Made by a program: the position numbers and the translations under genes
Part shown: positions 38,111 through 51,385 of the stretch, in pieces
Layout: the number at the start of each line of letters is the position of its first letter
How positions within the stretch are numbered: position 1 is the first letter of the stretch
Origin: Eledone cirrhosa
Taxonomy: Eukaryota
NCBI GenBank assembly: GCA_964016885.1
Contig: OZ024743.1
Span: 92,628,001 to 92,692,000, forward strand
Direction: 5' to 3'
Length of the DNA stretch: 64,000 bases
The notes under the pieces: generated by a model
The model's database searches: none
What the model was told of the DNA's origin: nothing
Seen by the model: the letters and a program-made list of their open reading frames with translations, nothing else

Positions 38111-39370
38111 TTATTTTTTTTTTAAATTAATTTCTTTTCAGAGCTGTTTATTTTTTACTTGGGTGAGCGCTTAGGAAACCGAGCTGCTGTAAACATTTCC
38201 CTTTTTCTTTCTTTAGTTAGTTTGATTTGCAAGCTTTTCTCTCCACTGTCTGTTAGTTTCAAAATAATTATGCACGCAAACTTTTTCCTTTCTTTCAACT
38301 CTACCCTTCGCATACACACTACTGCAAACGTCTTATAGGCTACCGACTGCAAAAACAGAGTTTGTTGATAATTTCAGATATTTCAAACTTTTATTCCATC
38401 TGCCTTCGGAAGTAGTGAGCCTGCTATATACGCTAGAAAATATTTATTGAACAAAGATTTGGCTGCTTTTTCTAGCATGTAAAATGAGGGTCCATTTATA
38501 CCACTTTCCATCCTAATCAGAAACCATCATTTTAACACCGAGATTCAAAGAAAAGCTCCCATCACAACTGCTATCACTTTCGCATTTCCCTCTGAAAATA
38601 TTAAATCGAAACGAAAGAAAGTATTGAGCCAACACTAAGTGTGTCTATCGGTCACATAACGGGTTCCGGAGCCTACCTCTAATAGCTTTTGATACTAGAA
38701 AACACACTGGCAACCTTACTGCGGATGATAGCGAGTCTAAGAAGCTGATACAACCAAGCAGACTCGCAGTCAGCGTCTGATACCTCGGTAAGGCGAGTGG
38801 CCAACTATGACAAAAAGTTCGTTGTTAGTGGACCAGCTCCTGCAAACGTCTTAGAAGCTACAGGCTGGAAAAACATAGTTTGTTGATAATTTCCGATGTT
38901 TCAAAGTTATATTCCGTCCGCCTTCGGAAGTAGTGAGCCTGCTATATACTCTCGAAAATATTTATTGAACAAAGATTTGGCTGCTTTTTCTAGCATGTAA
39001 AATGAGCACATTTCTTTAGAGCCGTTCGAATCGAACATGATGGACATGTGTAATAATTAATTAGGAATGGGTATCGTAGCTAGTTATTTGGCCGAGTTAT
39101 ATAAACAAAAAGAGAACATAAGTTTTAAAGACAGCAATATCGACAACTATGCGATACTCTCGTAGTTAATAACGTGTGCTAATTTAAAAGTTAGATGAGA
39201 TTTATGTAAAAGTTTATTAAGCAACCTAAATTGCTTGAAAATACTATGTTCTATGGTTGAAAGTATGAAAAATGTAAAATAGAAAATTAAAGTATAAAAA
39301 TTACTGTAAAAGAAAGGTGTTTAGTGAGTTGTTTTATACAATAAAACTATTAAATTGAGTGTAAGATTTC

Positions 39371-39490
39371 GTTTACGGCCATATCCCGCTGAAAACACCG
39401 GTTCTCGTCCGATCACCGAAGTTAAGCAACGTCGAGCCTAGTTAGTACTTGGATGGGTGACCGCTTGGGAACCCTAGGTGCCGTAAGCGT
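39371..39490 (+). rRNA. 5S rRNA: 5S rRNA
   Basis: Matches copy 1. Confidence 0.98.
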
Positions 39491-40750
39491 TTATTTTTTT
39501 TAAAAATTAATTTCTTTTCAGAGCTGTTTATTTTTTACTTGGGTGAGCGCTTAGGAAACCGAGCTGCTGTAAACATTTCCCTTTTTCTTTCTTTAGTTAG
39601 TTTGATTTGCAAGCTTTTCTCTCCACTGTCTGTTAGTTTCAAAATAATTATGCACGCAAACTTTTACCTTTCTTTCAACTCTACCCTTCGCATACACACT
39701 ACTGCAAACGTCTTATAGGCTACCGACTGCAAAAACAGAGTTTGTTGATAATTTCAGATATTTCAAACTTTTATTCCGTCTGCCTTCGGAAGTAGTGAGC
39801 CTACTATATACGCTAGAAAATATTTATTGAACAAAGATTTGGCTGCTTTTTCTAGCATGTAAAATGAGGGTCCATTTATACCACTTTCCATCCTAATCAG
39901 AAACCATCAAGTTAACACCGAGATTCAAAGAAAAGCTCCCATCATAACTGCTATCACTTTCGCATTTCCCTCTGAAAATATTAAATCGAAACGAAAGAAA
40001 GTATTGAGCCAACACTAAGTGTGTCGATCGGTCATATAACGGGTTCCGGAGCCTACCTCTAATAGCTTTTGATACTAGAAAACACACTGGCAACCTTACT
40101 GCGGATGATAGCGAGTCTAAGAAGCTGATACAACCAAGCACACTCGCAGTCAGCGTCTGATACCTCGGTAAGGCGAGTGGCCAACTATGACAAAAAGTTC
40201 GTTGTTAGTGGACCAGCTCCTGCAAACGTCTTAGAAGCTACAGGCTGGAAAAACAGAGTTTGTTGATAATTTCCGATGTTTCAAAGTTATATTCCGTCCG
40301 CCTTCGGAAGTAGTGAGCCTGCTATATACTCTAGAAAATATTTATTGAACAAAGATTTGGCTGCTTTTTCTAGCATGTAAAATGAGCACATTTCTTTAGA
40401 GCCGTTCGAATCGAAGATGATGGACATGTGTAATAATTAATTCGGAATGGGTATCGTAGCTAGTTATTTGGCCGAGTTATATAAACAAAAAGAGAACATA
40501 AGTTTTAAAGACAGCAATATCGACAACTATGCGATACTCTCGTAGTTAATAACGTGTGCTAATTTAAAAGTTAGATGAGATTTATGTAAAAGTTTATTAA
40601 GCAACCTAAATTGCTTGAAAATACTATGTTCTATGGTTGAAAGTATGAAAAATGTAAAATAGAAAATTAAAGTATAAAAATTACTGTAAAAGAAAGGTGT
40701 TTAGTGAGTTGTTTTATACAATAAAACTATTAAATTGAGTGTAAGCTTTC

Positions 40751-40870
40751 GTTTACGGCCATATCCCGCTGAAAACACCGGTTCTCGTCCGATCACCGAA
40801 GTTAAGCAACGTCGAGCCTAGTTAGTACTTGGATGGGTGACCGCTTGGGAACCCTAGGTGCCGTAAGCGT
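40751..40870 (+). rRNA. 5S rRNA: 5S rRNA
   Basis: Matches copy 1. Confidence 0.98.
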
Positions 40871-42130
40871 TTATTTTTTTAAAAAATTAATTTCTTTTCA
40901 GAGCTGTTTATTTTTTACTTGGGTGAGCGCTTAGGAAACCGAGCTGCTGTAAACATTTCCCTTTTTCTTTCTTTAGTTAGTTTGATTTGCAAGCTTTTCT
41001 CTCCACTGTCTGTTAGTTTCAAAATAATTATGCACGCAAACTTTTTCCTTTCTTTCAACTCTACCCTTCGCATACAAACTACTGCAAACGTCTTATAGGC
41101 TACCGACTGCAAAAACAGAGTTTGTTGATAATTTCAGATATTTCAAAGTTTTATTCCGTCCGCCTTCGGAAGTAGTGAGCCTGCTATATACGCTAGAAAT
41201 TATTTATTGAACAAAGATTTGGCTGCTTTTTCTAGCATGTAAAATGAGGGTCCATTTATACCACTTTCCATCATAATCAGAAACCATCATTTTAACACCG
41301 AGATTCAAAGAAAAGCTCCCATCACAACTGCTATCACTTTCGCATTTCCCTCTGAAAATATTAAATCGAAACGAAAGAAAGTATTGAGCCAACACTAAGT
41401 GTGTCGATCGGTCACATAACGGGTTCCGGAGCCTACCTGTAATAGCTTTTGATACTAGAAAACACACTGGCAACCTTACTGCGGATGATAGCGAGTCTAA
41501 GAAGCTGATACAACCAAGCAGACTCGCAGTCAGCGTCTGATACCTCGGTAAGGCGAGTGGCCAACTATGACAAAAAGTTCGTTGTTAGTGGACCAGCTCC
41601 TGCAAACGTCTTAGAAGCTACAGGCTGGAAAAACAGAGTTTGTTGATAATTTCCGATGTTTCAAAGTTATATTCCGTCCGCCTTCGGAAGTAGTGAGCCT
41701 GCTATATACTCTAGAAAATATTTATTGAACAAAGATTTGGCTGCTTTTTCTAGCATGTAAAATGAGCACATTTCTTTAGAGCCGTTCGAATCGAACATGA
41801 TGGACATGTGTAATAATTAATTAGGAATGGGTATCGTAGCTAGTTATTTGGCCGAGTTATATAAACAAAAAGAGAACATAAGTTTTAAAGACAGCAATAT
41901 CGACAACTATGCGATACTCTCGTAGTTAATAACGTGTGCTAATTTAAAAGTTAGATGAGATTTATGTAAAAGTTTATTAAGCAACCTAAATTGCTTGAAA
42001 ATACTATGTTCTATGGTTGAAAGTATGAAAAATGTAAAATAGAAAATAAAAGTATAAAAATTACTGTAAAAGAAAGGTGTTTAGTGAGTTGTTTTATACA
42101 ATAAAACTATTAAATTGAGTGTAAGCTTTC

Positions 42131-42250
42131 GTTTACGGCCATATCCCGCTGAAAACACCGGTTCTCGTCCGATCACCGAAGTTACGCAACGTCGAGCCTA
42201 GTTAGTACTTGGATGGGTGACCGCTTGGGAACCCTAGGTGCCGTAAGCGT
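42131..42250 (+). rRNA. 5S rRNA: 5S rRNA (variant A55C, box A)
   Basis: A>C at 42185. Confidence 0.96.
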
Positions 42251-43509
42251 TTATTTTTTTAAAAAATTAATTTCTTTTCAGAGCTGTTTTTTTTTACTTG
42301 GGTGAGCGCTTAGGAAACCGAGCTGCTGTAAACATTTCCCTTTTTCTTTCTTTAGTTAGTTTGATTTGCAAGCTTTTCTCTCCACTGTCTGTTAGTTTCA
42401 AAATAATTATGCACGCAAACTTTTTCCTTTCTTTCAACTCTACCCTTCGCATACACACTACTGCAAACGTCTTATAGGCTACCGACTGCAAAAACAGAGT
42501 TTGTTGATAATTTCAGATATTTCAAACTTTTATTCCATCTGCCTTCGGAAGTAGTGAGCCTGCTATATACGCTAGAAAATATTTATTGAACAAAGATTTG
42601 GCTGCTTTTTCTAGCATGTAAAATGAGGGTCCATTTATACCACTTTCCATCCTAATCAGAAACCATCATTTTAACACCGAGATTCAAAGAAAAGCTCCCA
42701 TCACAACTGCTATCACTTTCGCATTTCCCTCTGAAAATATTAAATCGAAACGAAAGAAAGTATTGAGCCAACACTAAGTGTGTCTATCGGTCACATAACG
42801 GGTTCCGGAGCCTACCTGTAATAGCTTTTGATACTAGAAAACACACTGGCAACCTTACTGCGGATGATAGCGAGTCTAAGAAGCTGATACAACCAAGCAG
42901 ACTCGCAGTCAGCGTCTGATACCTCGGTAAGGCGAGTGGCCAACTATGACAAAAAGTTCGTTGTTAGTGGACCAGCTCCTGCAAACGTCTTAGAAGCTAC
43001 AGGCTGGAAAAACATAGTTTGTTGATAATTTCCGATGTTTCAAAGTTATATTCCGTCCGCCTTCGGAAGTAGTGAGCCTGCTATATACTCTAGAAAATAT
43101 TTATTGAACAAAGATTTGGCTGCTTTTTCTAGCATGTAAAATGAGCACATTTCTTTAGAGCCGTTCGAATCGAACATGATGGACATGTGTAATAATTAAT
43201 TAGGAATGGGTATCGTAGCTAGTTATTTGGCCGAGTTATATAAACAAAAAGAGAACATAAGTTTTAAAGACAGCAATATCGACAACTATGCGATACTCTC
43301 GTAGTTAATAACGTGTGCTAATTTAAAAGTTAGATGAGATTTATGTAAAAGTTTATTAAGCAACCTAAATTGCTTGAAAATACTATGTTCTATGGTTGAA
43401 AGTATGAAAAATGTAAAATAGAAAATTAAAGTATAAAAATTACTGTAAAAGAAAGGTGTTTAGTGAGTTGTTTTATACAATAAAACTATTAAATTGAGTG
43501 TAAGATTTC

Positions 43510-43629
43510 GTTTACGGCCATATCCCGCTGAAAACACCGGTTCTCGTCCGATCACCGAAGTTAAGCAACGTCGAGCCTAGTTAGTACTTGGATGGGTGAC
43601 CGCTTGGGAACCCTAGGTGCCGTAAGCGT
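43510..43629 (+). rRNA. 5S rRNA: 5S rRNA
   Basis: Matches copy 1. Confidence 0.98.
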
Positions 43630-44889
43630 TTATTTTTTTGTTAAATTAATTTCTTTTCAGAGCTGTTTATTTTTTACTTGGGTGAGCGCTTAGGAAACCG
43701 AGCTGCTGTAAACATTTCCCTTTTTCTTTCTTTAGTTAGTTTGATTTGCAAGCTTTTCTCTCCACTGTCTGTTAGTTTCAAAATAATTATGCACGCAAAC
43801 TTTTACCTTTCTTTCAACTCTACCCTTCGCATACACACTACTGCAAACGTCTTATAGGCTACCGACTGCAAAAACAGAGTTTGTTGATAATTTCAGATAT
43901 TTCAAACTTTTATTCCGTCTGCCTTCGGAAGTAGTGAGCCTACTATATACGCTAGAAAATATTTATTGAACAAAGATTTGGCTGCTTTTTCTAGCATGTA
44001 AAATGAGGGTCCATTTATACCACTTTCCATCCTAATCAGAAACCATCAAGTTAACACCGAGATTCAAAGAAAAGCTCCCATCACAACTGCTATCACTTTC
44101 GCATTTCCCTCTGAAAATATTAAATCGAAACGAAAGAAAGTATTGAGCCAACACTAAGTGTGTCGATCGGTCACATAACGGGTTCCGGAGCCTACCTCTA
44201 ATAGCTTTTGATACTAGAAAACACACTGGCAACCTTACTGCGGATGATAGCGAGTCTAAGAAGCTGATACAACCAAGCAGACTCGCAGTCAGCGTCTGAT
44301 ACCTCGGTAAGGCGAGTGGCCAACTATGACAAAAAGTTCGTTGTTAGTGGACCAGCTCCTGCAAACGTCTTAGAAGCTACAGGCTGGAAAAACATAGTTT
44401 GTTGATAATTTCCGATGTTTCAAAGTTATATTCCGTCCGCCTTCGGAAGTAGTGAGCCTGCTATATACTCTAGAAAATATTTATTGAACAAAGATTTGGC
44501 TGCTTTTTCTAGCATGTAAAATGAGCACATTTCTTTAGAGCCGTTCGAATCGAAGATGATGGACATGTGTAATAATTAATTCGGAATGGGTATCGTAGCT
44601 AGTTATTTGGCCGAGTTATATATACAAAAAGAGAACATAAGTTTTAAAGACAGCAATATCGACAACTATGCGATACTCTCGTAGTTAATAACGTGTGCTA
44701 ATTTAAAAGTTAGATGAGATTTATGTAAAAGTTTATTAAGCAACCTAAATTGCTTGAAAATACTGTGTTCTATGGTTGAAAGTATGAAAAATGTAAAATA
44801 GAAAATTAAAGTATAAAAAGTACTGTAAAAGAAAGGTGTTTAGTGAGTTGTTTTATACAATAAAACTATTAAATTGAGTGTAAGCTTTC

Positions 44890-45009
44890 GTTTACGGCCA
44901 TATCCCGCTGAAAACACCGGTTCTCGTCCGATCACCGAAGTTAAGCAACGTCGAGCCTAGTTAGTACTTGGATGGGTGACCGCTTGGGAACCCTAGGTGC
45001 CGTAAGCGT
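44890..45009 (+). rRNA. 5S rRNA: 5S rRNA
   Basis: Matches copy 1; terminator T-run interrupted by G. Confidence 0.98.
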
Positions 45010-46270
45010 TTATTGTTTTTTAAAAATTAATTTCTTTTCAGAGCTGTTTATTTTTTACTTGGGTGAGCGCTTAGGAAACCGAGCTGCTGTAAACATTTCC
45101 CTTTTTCTTTCTTTAGTTAGTTTGATTTGCAAGCTTTTCTCTCCAGTGTCTGTTAGTTTCAAAATAATTATGCACGCAAACTTTTTCCTTTCTTTCAACT
45201 CTACCCTTCGCATACACACTACTGCAAACGTCTTATAGGCTACCGACTGCAAAAACAGAGTTTGTTGATAATTTCAGATATTTCAAACTTATATTCCGTC
45301 CGCCTTCGGAAGTAGTGAGCCTTCTATATACGCTAGAAAATATTTATTGAACAAAGATTTGGCTGCTTTTTCTAGCATGTAAAATGAGGGTCCATTTATA
45401 CCACTTTCCATCATAATCAGAAACCATCATTTTAACACCGAGATTCAAAGAAAAGCTCCCATCACAACTGCTATCACTTTCGCATTTCCCTCTGAAAATA
45501 TTAAGTCGAAACGAAAGAAAGTATTGAGCCAACACTAAGTGTGTCGATCGGTCACATAACGGGTTCCGGAGCCTACCTCTAATAGCTTTTGATACTAGAA
45601 AACACACTGGCAACCTTACTGCGGATGATAGCGAGTCTAAGAAGCTGATACAACCAAGCAGACTCGCAGTCAGCGTCTGATACCTCGGTAAGGCGAGTGG
45701 CCAACTATGACAAAAAGTTCGTTGTTAGTGGACCAGCTCCTGCAAAGGTCTTAGAAGCTACAGGCTGGAAAAACAGAGTTTGTTGATAATTTCCGATGTT
45801 TCAAAGTTATATTCCGTCCGCCTTCGGAAGTAGTGAGCCTGCTATATACTCTAGAAAATATTTATTGAACAAAGATTTGGCTGCTTTTTCTAGCATGTAA
45901 AATGAGCACATTTCTTTAGAGCCGTTCGAATCGAAGATGATGGACATGTGTAATAATTAATTAGGAATGGGTATTGTAGCTAGTTATTTGGCCGAGTTAT
46001 ATAAACAAAAAGAGAACATAAGTTTTAAAGACAGCAATATCGACAACTATGCGATACTCTCGTAGTTAATAACGTGTGCTAATTTATAAGTTAGATGAGA
46101 TTTATGTAAAAGTTTATTAAGCAACCTAAATTGCTTGAAAATACTATGTTCTATGGTTGAAAGTATGAAAAATGTAAAATAGAAAATTAAAGTATAAAAA
46201 TTACTGTAAAAGAAAGGTGTTTAGTGAGTTGTTTTATACAATAAAACTATTAAATTGAGTGTAAGCTTTC

Positions 46271-46390
46271 GTTTACGGCCATATCCCGCTGAAAACACCG
46301 GTTCTCGTCCGATCACCGAAGTTAAGCAACGTCGAGCCTAGTTAGTACTTGGATGGTTGACCGCTTGGGAACCCTAGGTGCCGTAAGCGT
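46271..46390 (+). rRNA. 5S rRNA: 5S rRNA (variant G87T, box C) in the short 862-bp unit
   Basis: GGATGGG>GGATGGT at 46357. Confidence 0.96.
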
Positions 46391-46601
46391 TTATTGTTTT
46401 TTTAAATTAATTTCTTTTCAGAGCTGTTTATTTTTTACTTGGGTGAGCGCTTAGGAAACCGAGCTGCTGTAAACATTTCCCTTTTTCTTTCTTTAGTTAG
46501 TTTGATTTGCAAGCTTTTCTCTCCAGTGTCTGTTCGTTTCAAAATAATTATGCACGCAAACTTTTTCCTTTCTTTCAACTCTACCCTTCGCATACAAACT
46601 A

Positions 46602-46768
46602 CTGCAAACGTCTTATAGGCTACCGACTGCAAAAACAGAGTTTGTTGATAATTTCAGATATTTCAAAGTTTTATTCCGTCCGCCTTCGGAAGTAGTGAGC
46701 CTGCTATATACGCTGGAAAATATTTATTGAACAAAGATTTGGCTGCTTTTTCTAGCATGTAAAATGAG
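46602..46768 (+). repeat. Solo A/B hybrid repeat left by a 518-bp deletion
   Basis: A-type left flank and alleles (TAGGCTACCGAC, TTCAGATA, TACGCT) joined to B-type right flank (TGAGCACATTTC); gene-to-gene distance 862 = 1380-518. Confidence 0.95.
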
Positions 46769-47132
46769 CACATTTCTTTAGAGCCGTTCGAATCGAAGAT
46801 GATGGACATGTGTAATAATTAATTAGGAATGGGTATTGTAGCTAGTTAGTTGGCCGAGTTATATAAACAAAAAGAGAACATAAGTTTTAAAGACAGCAAT
46901 ATCGACAACTATGCGATACTCTCGTAGTTAATAACGTGTGCTAATTTATAAGTTAGATGAGATTTATGTAAAAGTTTATTAAGCAACCTAAATTGCTTGA
47001 AAATACTATGTTCTATGGTTGAAAGTATGAAAAATGTAAAATAGAAAATTAAAGTATAAAAATTACTGTAAAAGAAAGGTGTTTAGTGAGTTGTTTTATA
47101 CAATAAAACTATTAAATTGAGTGTAAGCTTTC

Positions 47133-47252
47133 GTTTACGGCCATATCCCGCTGAAAACACCGGTTCTCGTCCGATCACCGAAGTTAAGCAACGTCGAGCC
47201 TAGTTAGTACTTGGATGGGTGACCGCTTGGGAACCCTAGGTGCCGTAAGCGT
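47133..47252 (+). rRNA. 5S rRNA: 5S rRNA
   Basis: Matches copy 1. Confidence 0.98.
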
Positions 47253-48512
47253 TTATTTTTTTTAAAAATTAATTTCTTTTCAGAGCTGTTTATTTTTTAC
47301 TTGGGTGAGCGCTTAGGAAACCGAGCTGCTGTAAACATTTCCCTTTTTCTTTCTTTAGTTAGTTTGATTTGCAAGCTTTTCTCTCCAGTGTCTGTTAGTT
47401 TCAAAATAATTATGCACGCAAACTTTTTCCTTTCTTTCAACTCTACCCTTCGCATACAAACTACTGCAAACGTCTTATAGGCTACCGACTGCAAAAACAG
47501 AGTTTGTTGATAATTTCAGATATTTCAAAGTTTTATTCCGTCCGCCTTCGGAAGTAGTGAGCCTGCTATATACGCTAGAAATTATTTATTGAACAAAGAT
47601 TTGGCTGCTTTTTCTAGCATGTAAAATGAGGGTCCATTTATACCACTTTCCATCATAATCAGAAACCATCATTTTAACACCGAGATTCAAAGAAAAGCTC
47701 CCATCACAACTGCTATCACTTTCGCATTTCCCTCTGAAAATATTAAATCGAAACGAAAGAAAGTATTGAGCCAACACTAAGTGTGTCGATCGGTCACATA
47801 ACGGGTTCCGGAGCCTACCTCTAATAGCTTTTGATACTAGAAAACACACTGGCAACCTTACTGCGGATGATAGCGAGTCTAAGAAGCTGATACAACCAAG
47901 CACACTCGTAGTCAGCGTCTGATACCTCGGTAAGGCGAGTGGCCAACTATGACAAAAAGTTCGTTGTTAGTGGACCAGCTCCTGCAAAGGTCTTAGAAGC
48001 CACAGGCTGGAAAAACAGAGTTTGTTGATAATTTCCGATGTTTCAAAGTTATATTCCGTCCGCCTTCGGAAGTAGTGAGCCTGCTATATACTCTAGAAAA
48101 TATTTATTGAACAAAGATTTGGCTGCTTTTTCTAGCATGTAAAATGAGCACATTTCTTTAGAGCCGTTCGAATCGAAGATGATGGACATGTGTAATAATT
48201 AATTAGGAATGGGTATTGTAGCTAGTTAGTTGGCCGAGTTATATAAACAAAAAGAGAACATAAGTTTTAAAGACAGCAATATCGACAACTATGCGATACT
48301 CTCGTAGTTAATAACGTGTGCTAATTTATAAGTTAGATGAGATTTATGTAAAAGTTTATTAAGCAACCTAAATTGCTTGAAAATACTATGTTCTATGGTT
48401 GAAAGTATGAAAAATGTAAAATAGAAAATTAAAGTATAAAAATTACTGTAAAAGAAAGGTGTTTAGTGAGTTGTTTTATACAATAAAACTATTAAATTGA
48501 GTGTAAGCTTTC

Positions 48513-48632
48513 GTTTACGGCCATATCCCGCTGAAAACACCGGTTCTCGTCCGATCACCGAAGTTAAGCAACGTCGAGCCTAGTTAGTACTTGGATGGGT
48601 GACCGCTTGGGAACCCTAGGTACCGTAAGCGT
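48513..48632 (+). rRNA. 5S rRNA: 5S rRNA (variant G110A)
   Basis: GGTGCC>GGTACC at 48622. Confidence 0.97.
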
Positions 48633-49892
48633 TTATTTTTTTTTTAAATTAATTTCTTTTCAGAGCTGTTTATTTTTTACTTGAGTGAGCGCTTAGGAAA
48701 CCGAGCTGCTGTAAACATTTCCCTTTTTCTTTCTTTAGTTAGTTTGATTTGCAAGCTTTTCTCTCCAGTGTCTGTTAGTTTCAAAATAATTATGCACGCA
48801 AACTTTTTCCTTTCTTTCAACTCTACCCTTCGCATACAAACTACTGCAAACGTCTTATAGGCTACCGACTGCAAAAACAGAGTTTGTTGATAATTTCAGA
48901 TATTTCAAAGTTTTATTCCGTCCGCCTTCGGAAGTAGTGAGCCTGCTATATACGCTAGAAATTATTTATTGAACAAAGATTTGGCTGCTTTTTCTAGCAT
49001 GTAAAATGAGGGTCCATTTATACCACTTTCCATCATAATCAGAAACCATCATTTTAACACCGAGATTCAAAGAAAAGCTCCCATCACAACTGCTATCACT
49101 TTCGCATTTCCCTCTGAAAATATTAAGTCGAAACGAAAGAAAGTATTGAGCCAACACTAAGTGTGTCGATCGGTCACATAACGGGTTCCGGAGCCTACCT
49201 CTAATAGCTTTTGATACTAGAAAACACACTGGCAACCTTACTGCGGATGATAGCGAGTCTAAGAAGCTGATACAACCAAGCACACTCGCAGTCAGCGTCT
49301 GATACCTCGGTAAGGCGAGTGGCCAACTATGACAAAAAGTTCGTTGTTAGTGGACCAGCTCCTGCAAACGTCTTAGAAGCCACAGGCTGGAAAAACAGAG
49401 TTTGTTGATAATTTCCGATGTTTCAAAGTTATATTCCGTCCGCCTTCGGAAGTAGTGAGCCTGCTATATACTCTAGAAAATATTTATTGAACAAAGATTT
49501 GGCTGCTTTTTCTAGCATGTAAAATGAGCACATTTCTTTAGAGCCGTTCGAATCGAACATGATGGACATGTGTAATAATTAATTAGGAATGGGTATTGTA
49601 GCTAGTTAGTTGGCCGAGTTATATAAACAAAAAGAGAACATAAGTTTTAAAGACAGCAATATCGACAACTATGCGATACTCTCGTAGTTAATAACGTGTG
49701 CTAATTTATAAGTTAGATGAGATTTATGTAAAAGTTTATTAAGCAACCTAAATTGCTTGAAAATACTATGTTCTATGGTTGAAAGTATGAAAAATGTAAA
49801 ATAGAAAATTAAAGTATAAAAATTACTGTAAAAGAAAGGTGTTTAGTGAGTTGTTTTATACAATAAAACTATTAAATTGAGTGTAAGCTTTC

Positions 49893-50012
49893 GTTTACGG
49901 CCATATCCCGCTGAAAACACCGGTTCTCGTCCGATCACCGAAGTTAAGCAACGTCGAGCCTAGTTAGTACTTGGATGGGTGACCGCTTGGGAACCCTAGG
50001 TACCGTAAGCGT
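49893..50012 (+). rRNA. 5S rRNA: 5S rRNA (variant G110A)
   Basis: GGTACC allele. Confidence 0.97.
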
Positions 50013-51265
50013 TTATTTTTTTTTAAAATTAATTTCTTTTCAGAGCTGTTTATTTTTTACTTGAGTGAGCGCTTAGGAAACCGAGCTGCTGTAAACATTT
50101 CCCTTTTTCTTTCTTTAGTTAGTTTGATTTGCAAGCTTTTCTCTCCAGTGTCTGTTAGTTTCAAAATAATTATGCACGCAAACTTTTTCCTTTCTTTCAA
50201 CTCTACCCTTCGCATACATACTACTGCAAACGTCTTATAGGCTACCGACTGCAAAAACAGAGTTTGTTGATAATTTCAGATATTTCAAAGTTTTATTCCG
50301 TCCGCCTTCGGAAGTAGTGAGCCTGCTATATACGCTAGAAATTATTTATTGAACAAAGATTTGGCTGCTTTTTCTAGCATGTAAAATGAGGGTCCATTTA
50401 TACCACTTTCCATCATAATCAGAAACCATCATTTTAACACCGAGATTCAAAGAAAAGCTCCCATCACAACTGCTATCACTTTCGCATTTCCCTCTGAAAA
50501 TATTAAATCGAAACGAAAGAAAGTATTGAGCCAACACTAAGTGTGTCGATCGGTCATATAACGGGTTCCGGAGCCTACCTCTAATAGCTTTTGATACTAG
50601 AAAACACACTGGCAACCTTACTGCGGATGATAGCGAGTCTAAGAAGCTGATACAACCAAGCACACTCGTAGTCAGCGTCTGATACCTCGGTAAGGCGAGT
50701 GGCCAACTATGACAAAAAGTTCGTTGTTAGTGGACTGCAAAGGTCTTAGAAGCTACAGGCTGGAAAAACAGAGTTTGTTGATAATTTCCGATGTTTCAAA
50801 GTTATATTCCGTCCGCCTTCGGAAGTAGTGAGCCTGCTATATACTCTAGAAAATATTTATTGAACAAAGATTTGGCTGCTTTTTCTAGCATGTAAAATGA
50901 GCACATTTCTTTAGAGCCGTTCGAATCGAAGATGATGGACATGTGTAATAATTAATTAGGAATGGGTATTGTAGCTAGTTAGTTGGCCGAGTTATATAAA
51001 CAAAAAGAGAACATAAGTTTTAAAGACAGCAATATCGACAACTATGCGATACTCTCGTAGTTAATAACGTGTGCTAATTTATAAGTTAGATGAGATTTAT
51101 GTAAAAGTTTATTAAGCAACCTAAATTGCTTGAAAATACTATGTTCTATGGTTGAAAGTATGAAAAATGTAAAATAGAAAATTAAAGTATAAAAATTACT
51201 GTAAAAGAAAGGTGTTTAGTGAGTTGTTTTATACAATAAAACTATTAAATTGAGTGTAAGCTTTC

Positions 51266-51385
51266 GTTTACGGCCATATCCCGCTGAAAACACCGGTTCT
51301 CGTCCGATCACCGAAGTTAAGCAACGTCGAGCCTAGTTAGTACTTGGATGGGTGACCGCTTGGGAACCCTAGGTACCGTAAGCGT
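51266..51385 (+). rRNA. 5S rRNA: 5S rRNA (variant G110A)
   Basis: GGTACC allele. Confidence 0.97.
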
